Assembly: GCF_902652985.1 (NCBI RefSeq)
Contig: NC_047026.1
Location: 13,082,001 to 13,146,000 of the forward strand
Direction of reading: 5' to 3'
Length of the DNA stretch: 64,000 nt
Origin: Pecten maximus
Taxonomy: Eukaryota
The position numbers and the translations under genes were made by a program. The notes beneath the pieces were generated by a model. It was not told the origin of the DNA. It saw nothing but the letters and a program-made list of their open reading frames with translations, and did not search any database. Position 1 is the stretch's first letter. Each line of letters begins with the position of its first letter. Below, piece after piece: positions 52,746-64,000 of this stretch.

Positions 52746-54689
52746 CATGAATGTCAATTCTAGGACGAAAATACTATTCTTTATCTAATAGCTTGGTTCC
52801 AATCTCTTAGCAGTGATTTATTCTATATGTTACAGCTTATTTGCCCCTCATATTTGTCAAAGTGACTCTCGATTGCTTTACTTTAAAAGGAAACTTTCAG
52901 GAAGAATAGTTTTTTTTCTTTTCTTTACCCAATGATATCATCACGGACTTATTATATATATATCGGTGACATCATTAACCAAAATTGCAAAATTTAATGA
53001 AGCAATAAATCTGATTGAAACATTTACTAACTTGTCAATCATATGCAAATAACTTAACGCACTATCAAAAAATGAAATAGGTTCAGTTTTCATTGGATAT
53101 ACATATATATATATAAACATCTTTAAAAAAGCTGAACAAGAAATCTCATCGTAATCAGATCGTGTCATACCGTATTGTATGACATTTGCTTCGACATTTT
53201 ATTTACTTTTCTCGTCTTTCTTTTTATTTCTGTCTTACAATCATGTGTCGTTTGACAAACAATTAACAGTACGTTTTAATAGTCAGAATATAACACATTT
53301 ACACAAAACAGAAACCTTCAAATGGGAAAAGCTCCATCGAGTCCTTTCTTCGAAATAGCTGTATCAATACTTCGATTGTCAAAACGCCAATAGTCATTGT
53401 AGTTTACGATCGATATCAAAATTATAAACAAACAGCTAAGGACAAAAAGAAGTCTACATACGGATTAAAAGGATGAAATTAAACACGAGGAGCTTTATGA
53501 GAAAAGTCAAATTCTAGATTACACCCTGTCGCTATTTGGCATAGGCACAAGACGAGCCTGCGCATTCATGGAGTTTGAGAAAGATCAATACAGTAATTTT
53601 GTGAGATGAAGGGTGATTTTAACACTCCACTCTTCGGCTTGTGGTAAGTTCATCAGTATTTTCTAACACAGGGATTTGGCATGGTTCCCAGCCCTGTCAT
53701 ACATATACTAATAACGAAAGGGACATAACTCAAGCGAACTCAGTACATCTACTCATAGTAATAAGTATTGTCAATTTAACTGCATCAGTGGAGTCCCGAA
53801 AATTTCGATTAAGAATTATAGAATTTTCAAGACATAGAAGAGGGGTTGATGATTTATACACAGTGATTTTTATATTGCGTCTTCCCTTTCCGATTCAGAT
53901 TTTGTAATAGTGACAGATTTTTATACAAATAACTGAATAAAAAGTATGCGCAGATATCACAGGTACTCCACACAACTTCCCAATCCATTGACTGCCCCTA
54001 TTTGTACAATGATTTATTTGATTCATACACTGTATAGATAAATACATGGATGGTGAGTGGGAAATTTGTTCCAAGTCCCTGTGGTGTAGATGCACAGTGC
54101 AGAGTTTGGTATATTTCACATAAGTCTGAAGAATTTTCAGATCGGTTTAATTCACAAATCTTTGGAACATTTTCGCACAGTTGGGTTGCAGAAACAAATT
54201 TATTAAAAAGAAAATTAACAAATGTGGTATAGGACGTGCATATTTACTTTCTAATTGTAATTATCTAGTATAAATATATTCATTTCAAATATTGGACATT
54301 AATGCATTTGGATCACGGTTACATCGACGCTTTTCTTCACACCTCGAATGACACAGCATTATGATAAGGAGCAAACATTTAGATGCATGATTCCATGAGG
54401 CTACCATAAACAGCACAGAACTCGCGTCTTACTCACATAAGATTATGAGCATCATTTCACACGAGGGGTCTATCGTTAAGATAAACTTTATAGCTTTCAT
54501 GTCCATATGCATAAAAAATCTGAGAACATTTTAAAATGTATCAATATCATTGTGTGTTGTGATTAGCCTATTGGTGTTTGTTACCGCCAATTTGTTGAGG
54601 GTCATAAGAGAAAATATATCAATATAATTCATTGTTGCTACGAGCAAGAAACCGTGATTTGTGAAAACTCTTGAGACCTTTAGTTCTAC

Positions 54690-54985
54690 AGCGTGGGAAT
54701 CTAAAGTTTTCACAAAGCAGATGTTTTTCTTACTAATTCCCACTGTAAAGTGACAGATATGGTGTTTGTACGGATATTGTAAGTTTATATCAATCTTTAT
54801 TAGGGTCCAGTGCCGGGTGTCGGATATCAGGGGCCAGGTGAGAGAAACACCTTTCAGGACCCATTAGGGGCTGAGTACTCATGACAACATTGTCAGGTAA
54901 ACTCGGATATAGACATATATACCTCTCTCTCATTATGACCGCTAATTAACATTGATTTACACCTGTAATTAACCTTTACACCTGT
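54690..54985. promoter_or_regulatory. Conserved element B3
   Basis: AGCGTGGGAA at 54690; core ~54793-54951. Confidence 0.6.
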
Positions 54986-57019
54986 AGTCTGAGTTTTCAC
55001 GATGAGTTGAGACGATGTCAATATTCTATATCTCTCTTCCCAAGTTGTGACAGTTTTGTTAATTGAGGAATCAGACCGTGGAAACACCTACTGCTGTATA
55101 TGAACATCTTAGTTTATTATATTTTTAGTTACCTAGCAAGTTACCGATTTTACCGCCTACATGGTTCCGGCCAGTGTATTGTTTCGTTTTTGACCGACTG
55201 TCTCCTTATAAAACATTATCATTTTTATATAGGGATGAACTGCGTTCACGTTAATATGAACACAGTACGTTGGATACAGACGGATTCTTTCCAAGATTTA
55301 GGGTTGATGACGATGATCAAATACGTTGATAAACAGCTCCTCTATTAGCATCAAGCGTGTAACCTTGTAACTTATTCATTGTTATTTAATCTACGTTAAT
55401 TTACATCTTTAAAAATATAATTAAAAAGTCATCGAACATCATGTTATATCTATGAACAAATTTGAAAAAAAAACCGAAACACACAAAAAACTTTTTAAAA
55501 CTTCTAATAATTGAAAATACACGAAAGAAATGCTGTTAAGACCCATATAGCTTGACGGTTATGTTATCTAAAATGAATTTTGTGGCATTTATAGAAGAAA
55601 AAATGATAACAAAAGACATCTAGAGAAAGCCTAACATTTTCTCTTTGATTGTAGTAATTATATAGACCAGGGAATTTAAAGTTGTACCGTAATCTGAATG
55701 ATTTACACCACTATACCTGTAGGTATTACTATACATAGAAGTAATGACTTATATAATATAGAAGATAACGTAACAATTCACTAATTGACTCAGCAATCCA
55801 TTATGGACTCAAACAGATTTTGACCCAACCCCCTCCTCTCTCCCGCTGTCTCAAAAATCACTTAATTATGCCATCTTGTTAATATATAAACATGTATGTT
55901 GTAAAATTATATAGGGCTTAGTATAAGTTGGCTGACTTGTACCCAGTTTTCTTGTATATACAAAGATGAAAAGTAAAATATGTTTAAATCAAACGGAAAA
56001 GTCAACTGTAAACAAAAGTTAAATCAAATGATGACGCATATATTTTTGGTGAAATCGTAAATCTAAATTGGAATTTATCATCAAATGTTTATTCTCACAT
56101 TAATGTTTAACAGTACACAGCCAGCCATAAGTCCCTAGTATCTTTACGGAAAATATTTTGAAATGCAGAAAATCTTATTTAATAGTTGAATATCGTAATT
56201 TATGTGTGATAAAAGAAATATTGTTTATGCCTTTTTGAATATCTTGGGAAAATATGTCCCTCCTATGTCTACCCTGGAAGCTCAAGAAGATTGGTAACTT
56301 CGTCTACTTCTACCATTTAGCGACCTCCTTCAACATCGCGAAGATTATGCCGTGTATGTGTGTGGCATGGAATGAAAGGAATGGTGTTTAATATTGGTGA
56401 GATGCATTAGCTGATTTAAATGAAGAAATAGAGTCTTAAGAATTTGCAATTATCACTGACGAAATAATAAACTTAAAGCAAATTCAAATTTGATTTGTTA
56501 TGCGCTTACAATATACCAACAAATTCATAAGTATGTTTATTTTTATAGCAGTACGAATGGTCTGGAATGGAGACATATGTAGATATGGATACATAGCCTT
56601 ACAACTTAATCACCTGAGTTATACTAATGATAATGAGTTACTCAGACAAGATTACAGAGTACACCTTAACGTCTTATGATATCACCGGACAATCAGTGTG
56701 TTATATCTGTACAGAGTTATCGGTCCTGTCAAACGACGGCATATAAGACTTTAACGAACTGTGACTGGACGTTTGGGGTTTCGCACAACTGTCGTTTTAA
56801 GGCATCAAACACAATACAAACTTCAGTTTAACAAACGTAGACCAACTTTTAAAGAACGCGTAGATCTAGTTGAATATTTACCGCGGCTTTTTTTTCCGTA
56901 ACAGGATATATAATTTGCATATCAAATTCTTATTTATGTTGAAAATGGCAATGTAGACAATTTAAAATATTTTCAGGGATGCAAGATGTCCATTTGAAAA
57001 TATTAACACAGAACTGAAA

Positions 57020-57570
57020 TTTAACTCAGACTCACCACGTCTAAATGATCCGCAGTTTCGTTCCTTCCTCTTCAAAATCAAATACCATCTGATCGCAAGC
57101 TAACAAACACACGTGACTATCAAATACAGTCACGTGTTATTCTGGTGTTTATAGAGGTACACGTGAATATACAACCTGTCGAGATGTTGACGAAATTGTC
57201 CAAACCCTCCCGTTTGTCGGTCAAAATCTACAAAGGGGCACTGGTCCGGTAGATACAACACGGGTACAGGTGGACACAGGTGGGCAGTCATTGAAGCCAG
57301 CAGGAGACCCCGCCCCCTCCACGCTCTCCTCTTCCGCGGGGAGATTAATCCGTGAGCGCGTGGGGGATGATTAGTCTGTGATTACAACCATAGGCACTGT
57401 GATTACAACACCACAGGTAGATACACACCGCTAAACAGGTGACGGAGAGGGGCGGGGCTAAGGGATTGGTCATCAAATGACGGACGGCAGGTTGACGGCT
57501 TGGACGAACAGACTGACAACTTTCTTTTCAACTTTCTTTATTCAGGGTGTTAATGTTAAATGTCGACACA
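57020..57570 (-). promoter_or_regulatory. Promoter/first-exon module A4
   Basis: Minus-strand TATAAA at 57148-57153, GC boxes, donor TG|GTGAGT at 57035. Confidence 0.65.
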
Positions 57571-58037
57571 GGATACTGATATATATGCCGACCTGAATAT
57601 CGGTTATTAATATTATCCTTTATAAAAACATAAATAGTTAAAATCCACAATATATCGTAACTTACGAACGACAAGAGTCGCGACAATATGAATAAGCGAG
57701 AATATGAATAAGAACAGAATTCCGGTTAGTTGTACAGCCATTAGAAATGGGTTCAGGCTAGTTTTAGTACTTTAACACATCAAATGCATTTGTAACGAGA
57801 TTTCAACAAAGTTGGAAGCAATTCCATTATTGCTTAGACCGGACAGTAATTAACAGCAAATTGGTTATGTTATATTTAGGTTGAATCTACGCCAAAATGC
57901 AAGAAGTGTCAGATTTTACCTTTCATGAATGTACAAAAAATGTATATAAATCACCAAACTGAGTGTGAAATTATTGATTATAATATGCAAGTAAGTAGGT
58001 TTCACTAGTGGCGTTGAATGATTAGTAAATCAAAAAC

Positions 58038-58790
58038 ACAAGAGATCCCAGAGGGCTGTTGGTATCCACGATGATAACTTCAACTGTTACAATCTCAGAG
58101 ACCAATCCCCCTCCAGTCTCAATGTTTAACGTTCACGACTAGGGACTTCAGCTATACCGAGGTGGCCACCAGTCGGCCTTTTTATTTTCCTGGCCAGTAT
58201 CAATGTTGAATGAGTACAATTAGGTACCAAGGGAACCTTTGAGAAATATCCTTTCAGCACTTCCTAAGATAGCGATAACAATCTTCAAGTATCAAAATCC
58301 AAGATGGCCGTCATTCGGCCATGTTGTTTTCCTGATCAGTCTAAAAATTGAAGAGGCAAAATCTAGGGACTAAGGGTAACCAACACATTTGGCTTCAGAA
58401 ATATGCTGTTAACATTTCTCAAGAAACTTCCAACACCTAAAACACAATAAAGCCGCCAACATGTCAGATGTTTTAATGAATTCAAGTTCAGACCGATAGG
58501 AAACTTCACATAATGTTGAGAAATATAATTTCAGTGTTTTTCAGAGAAACAGCCTTAACAAACACTAAGGGTCAATGTCCATGATGACCGCCTGTCAGCA
58601 TTTTGTTTTGTTTTTGTTTGTTTTTTGTTTGTTTTTTTCGATCAGTCGCAAAACTTAAAGGGCCACAATTAGGGATCAAATGGGAGAAGGAATTTAGAAT
58701 TTAAGATACATCCGTTCGGTACTTCTCAAGGCAAAGTAATATACACCAGGTACTGTTTAGGAGCGAGCTTCAGACCACGGACAATGGCTG
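58038..58790. mobile_element. Degenerate Helentron-like element with CAAGATGGCCG subrepeats
   Basis: Starts ACAAGAGATCCCAGAGGG. Diverged internal repeats contain CAAGATGGCCGTCATTCGGCCATGTTG. Confidence 0.45.
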
Positions 58791-58945
58791 TTGTGAAAGA
58801 TGTGATGAAGGGGAAATGTACTTACAAATATATATATACATTATGTATATGTCATGTTTTTAGTGGTAGGAAAAAAGATACGTCTGAAGAAATTTTATTT
58901 ATTGTCAATATGAAGCATCTTTCAGCCTAGTACATTCAGAATATA

Positions 58946-59596
58946 AGCGTGGGAATGCAACGTTCTTACAAAGCAGATGTTTTTCCTATTAATTCCTAGT
59001 GTAAACGGAAGATACTGGGTGTTTGTACGGATATTGTACATATATCTTTATTAGGGGTCTGTACCGGGTGTCGGATATCAGGGGCCAGGTGAGAGAAACA
59101 CCTTTCAGGACCCATTAGGGGCTGAGTACTCATGACAACATTGTCAGGTAAACTCGGATATATATATAGACAGGTATATCTCTCAGTATGACCACTAATT
59201 AACACTGATTCTCGCCTCTAATTAACACTGGTTTACACCTGTAATTAACCTTTACACCTCTGATTGGGGCACTCATTGTGGAAACATACAGGGTCAAGTC
59301 AATGTTTGCGTTTATCATCGACGCTCAATAATATCTTTATCGATAGTTGAGACTTTACCAAATTCAATTATGTCCTTCTAGCAAACTTTATAGACTTTCA
59401 ATTGCGCAAATTCATTTTTAAGCCTCAGAAAAGGTTTATTTATAGACATCAGTTTGACAAACTTACTTGAGTAACTACATAAGAAGAGGGTTTTTTCCCT
59501 GGATTACTCGGTAACCTCGGATATAGACAGGTTTATCTCCTACTCTCGGTATGATCACTAATTAACACTAGAAACTTACACCCATAATTAATCTCT
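58946..59596. promoter_or_regulatory. Conserved element B4 plus partial fifth copy (59512-59596)
   Basis: AGCGTGGGAA at 58946; core 59043-59205. Homology to the B1 flank runs to ~59505, then the 3' end of the core is repeated. Confidence 0.6.
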
Positions 59597-61889
59597 AATC
59601 TAGTAAGTGGTCATTCGCAAGGGATTGGTTAAGTGAAAATATTTTATTTCCTTTCCCACTTTTGACATTTTTTTGTTAACACATGATCCTCATGGGGAAA
59701 GACTTGCGACTAGTAGGCTACCGGAATCATATCTATAACATCAGTACTATTCATATTGAGATTCTACTGCGTTTACGATGGTATGAACGCTATGGGCTAT
59801 ATACGTTTTATGTAGTATATTAGCGTTCATGACGTTATCAAATATATTTGCAATGATTTACGGCCATTTTAAGGAATCTATAGCTACCAGGACCATTATT
59901 TTTGTCACATTCCCGTTCTGTCAAAAGGTTTGCACGCACACTGATGCACAGACGATAACAAAATCTAAAGGTTAAGCCCTATCCTATGCTTGAAATTAAA
60001 AAATACTGGAAAGTGTTAATTTACTGCAAATTCTTCTTTAAATAATGACCTCTCTCTTTATCTCTCTCTTTATGGAGGTAATGTTAACAAGGCGACGAAA
60101 ATGACGAGTGCCCGCAGATAAACACTGTTATTAGTAAATATACTTGGTGGAGTTGTATTAAGTTTTCATTGAATTATGATAAAATGAAATTTTCCCTAAA
60201 TATTTGCAAATGCACATCCCAATCAACAACTGGTATTACGTCATATGAGTCAGATTTTGTTTTCAAACGAACTTAATCGTAAGTGCTATACTTAAAATGT
60301 CAAATGTACGACGAAACTCCGCGACTCACCATATATATATTTTTTTTAAATGCGTTTCAGCACGGATAATAAAATTATATAAGTTTGAATAATTTTTGGT
60401 GATAATAAGACTGCATTTGAATCAGGAATATAATTTTATTGGTGTGTCATTTTAATAGATACGTTTTGTACATCCACTTATTCAGCTTGCATTCAATCTT
60501 AATTTAGTTTCGTCTTAAGACCAATCACATACTTCATCTTGACCAGTAACGCCACCTTCTGCGTCATATCCGGGGCAAAAAAAAAAATTATACGGCTATG
60601 CCGAAAAATGCATGTTTCAGGTGAACACATTCAGCTCATTTATGTCACAGATATTGCACAAAATAATCATGGCATGTCCGCCTTCATACAAGCACGATGG
60701 ACCAACAGGGAGACTCGTCTCTGAGGCCGATTTGAGTGTAGGGACATATCCTCGACGGAACTATGTACTGCGCCTGTACAGCAGCTGTCTATAGAGAATG
60801 GACATTGTGGCAGTTTGTATGTTATGATTAAAACACGCATCAAAAATTCATGAAGTTGTTGGAACAATATGAAATGATATTTATTAGTTTCATTTCAAAA
60901 GCCGCTATTGCGGTGCCGTTTTACTATTTATTCCCATTTAGTGATATCACTTAGTCGTTTAGTTATCGCTAAATGGGAATACAAAGGGAAACGTAGAAAG
61001 TTTCTCTCCTCGCAGTGATTTTATCAATTAGTGTTACATAGATATGATTGTGCATTTTCGTTAATTAATCTATTTTTCATTACTTGTACTGTACGGTACG
61101 AAATCCTGACAACTTTCTTTTAGGGGATTTTCACTAAAAATGTGCGTTAAACTAGGAAGTTAATATAGTTATATTTTAAGTCGCCAATTAAATAATATAA
61201 CTGTTAAAATTACTTAACTTTTTAGACAAAAAGAGATGATTGATTAAGCCATTAGGCCTATACACTATATATGTAGAGTTATATATGCTATAGCATCCTC
61301 AAAGGGAAATGAAATGTGAGAGTTATCCCCCCTAGGATGGTATTGAGCATTATGATATAAAAAGATAGGGAACGAGTTCGATCAACAGGAATTCATTTCA
61401 TGAGGTCCTGCATGTTTAAAAGGATCTCTTACGAGTTCCCAAAAAGTTACCCATAGGATCGTCTGGGCGGTAAAATGGTTAATTCGGGACATCTGGGGAC
61501 ATTGGAGCGATCTGATATTGGGCGAAGAGAAGGTTCTCCCCAAATATATTGGGACATTGAGACTATTGTCTTGTTGAAATAAAAATATGTAACGTTATAT
61601 GTAAAAATGGGACATTGTATGTTTGTAGTGTAATGTGGGACAATGTTGATATTGGGCCGAAACGTCTGTAATTAATTGTCAACTAACTCGCCACAAAACT
61701 GCAACCAATCAAAAACGTTCTCTTATGCGTGTTCGGAAAATTATTTGTTTACATCCGGTATGCCGGTGGACCCAGAACAAGAAAAGTTATGTCAGTTAGA
61801 TTTTTAACCATATTTACTTCTGTATTTATCTATTCGAATTTTTAAAGTTATACATACATATTTTCATATACAATATATAAAATTCAGGG

Positions 61890-63996
61890 ATGACCTCCTA
61901 AAAAACGAAAACTTCCTGAATCATTTCAGGTAGGGAGCAATAAATTCTTACTTGGATGTAAAATCTATATTTTGAAAGCAAGTATTGAAAAGATGAGGTT
62001 GCAGATATTTACCTCTCAGCTTCAAAAATATGGCGGCATTTGCCATGAGCAATTAGAATCTGATACAACTCATTTAATTGTCGACGATAAAATGGATGCC
62101 GAGAGAATGTGCAGAATACTGAAAATGGACAAACCTCCAGAAAATATTGAAATATTGAAAACAAGTTGGTTAAGTTCATGTTTCAAATCTAAGGATATGG
62201 TGCCAACTAAAGGATTTGAATTAGATTTGTCAATTGTTGAAAAGAGGGATGTATTGGAGGAGAGTGACACAAAAATACCCAAAGATAAAGATGCTGCTAA
62301 TGATCCACCTACTGTAGATGGCGAAGTTAAGCCCGCAAAGGTTGGTGTCATGTTTCGTGCCTATAAGAAGCCAAAGGTTGAATCCGAAGGTCAATTTGAT
62401 GACCCAGACAGTGACTATATGGCAAGTGATAATGAAGAGGAAGATCAGATAGCTGGAGTGGACAGTGATCATACTTCAGCAAGCACAACTCCACAGACAT
62501 CTCCATGTAAAACCATACAGGTGAGTACAATGTCTCCACGAAAGCTTACGACTAAAGTTGGTTTACCTTGACCTGGGCGGCCAGAAGATGAATATGTAAA
62601 AGGAGAATAAGGGTGATCGCTTGATTGCATTGGCAGGAATTAAAGCCAAACACAGTCCATGAGCTATAGCCCGAATTATTCTGACATTTTATCAACTTTA
62701 TTTATATCAGTCTGGCATCAGTCAATGCGAGATCAATATTAAATAGGTCAATAAAACATTGGTCTGGTATGAGGTACAGACACCTCACTTCAGTAAGGGG
62801 TTTAACTCCTACTAATGAGCAGATGTCTTATAGTTTGCTGTCCCCATACTTGTGGTTCCCCCTTGTGGCTTTCCTCTAGAGAGAATATTCATACTCTGCC
62901 TACACTGCTCTCAGGACGACCATCTGTCAGAAATAATCTGTCCTTCGTCCAGAGCTACGTTACCGCAGCTAGCTTTCCTCTAACTTGGACAGGTACAAAT
63001 GTATCAATGTATTCTTGAGTGGATTATGCATTAATACCCCTGTAAGTTGTGTTCCATTGCATGTGCATGCTTATATATAGGTATACTAGTTATAGCTGAC
63101 ATGATAATTGTTTAATGTGATAGACAACGGACCCAGTAATCCCCTTGAGGAGTGTATGTGGTATTGTGGTACTGTCGAAACTTCATATGTGTGGCGTGTA
63201 CATAACTATTAAATATACTGTCAATATCACTTGACTGATGGAGCATTCTTAGCTCATAGAGCCCTTGATTATCACGCTGGAGACCCAAGTTGTATTCTTG
63301 TTTAGGTCAGTAATGTTTGTGTCTTCTAAGCCAAGAACATCATTTGCAAAATTTTGATGAGTCCCATGAATGCTTAGAGATAAAGTTTGAGTGAGTCCAT
63401 AGGAAAATCATGAGACCATGACTTATATACCAGGATGTGATAGGGGCTGGGGTAGTTATTTACAACTACCTAGTAGGGAGACTACCAAGCATTACTAAAA
63501 AAGGACCAGTATCACAATGGTATCACAATGAAATATTCATCACCAAATATAAATAATTGATTTGTTTACTTTTTTAATGGATGCATTATACTTCAGCTCT
63601 AAATTCATTTTGTTATTATTTATGTTTCAGACTTCTAGTTGGGTTTGTGCGCAGTCTTCCAAAAACACTCGTCCGAATTTAAACGAACATATCACAGACA
63701 AACTGGAGGTATGACAAACATGTAATTAAAAAAAAAAACCAAAAAACCTGGAAATAAATGATATGAAGTCATCTTAAGCATATATATATATAATTTTTTT
63801 TTTGTATAACTGACTTTTTTTTTTAAGTACATCACTTTATTTACCAAGTTGAGGTTTAAATTAAAATTTTCGTTCTTTAATATTTCAGGAAATGGTGAAG
63901 ACCTATGAGAGCACCAGTGATAAGTGGAGAGCGTACGGCTACCAGAAAGCCATTCAAGCTCTACGCAGATTACCTAAACCGATATCCTCATGGCAG
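61890..63996 (+). CDS. POLL: DNA polymerase lambda (X family), 5' part; continues beyond the window; start codon uncertain
   Basis: BRCT exon ending at 62520 (FTSQLQKYGG...TTHLIVD...ILKTSWLSSC). Exon 63631-63708 gives WVCAQSS...NEHITDKLE. Exon 63889-63996 gives DKWRAYGYQKAIQALR (8-kDa lyase domain). Confidence 0.92.
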
Positions 63997-64000
63997 GTAA

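Noticed and set aside
47135-59205. Repeated ORF-track proteins MLISGHTERYTC... as a gene family
   Set aside because: They start at non-ATG codons, the N-terminal part is frameshifted in B3, and conservation covers third codon positions equally, so there is no coding signature. Only the internal ATG micro-ORF is kept as a weak alternative.
60539-60867. Short overlapping ORFs in a GC-richer patch
   Set aside because: No recognisable protein motif or consistent exon structure.

Overview
AT-rich, intron-rich animal DNA. The SINE, MITE and Helentron-like repeats look like those of bivalve molluscs (inference). Five spliced genes can be assembled by hand from GT-AG exons: the 5' part of PUF60 (-), NHP2 (+, head-to-head with PUF60), DDRGK1 (-), a Cdc25 phosphatase (-) and the 5' part of DNA polymerase lambda (+). 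Three tandem arrays (52-, 58- and 35-bp units), LINE fragments, tRNA-derived SINEs and many MITEs fill the introns and intergenic DNA. The most striking structure lies in the ~29 kb between the first coding exon of cdc25 and POLL. It is a four-unit tandem array (about 42.7-59.6 kb). Each unit has a promoter-like block (GC boxes, E-boxes, TATA in two copies) pointing toward cdc25, a short largely non-coding exon with a splice donor, and an upstream element whose 81-bp core is identical in all four copies and lies next to a CSL/Su(H) site. This looks like a duplicated alternative promoter/first-exon/enhancer array for cdc25. Other points of note are a series of stop-containing decoy or poison 3' splice sites in PUF60 intron 3 and an apparent 1-bp frameshift at the POLL start.
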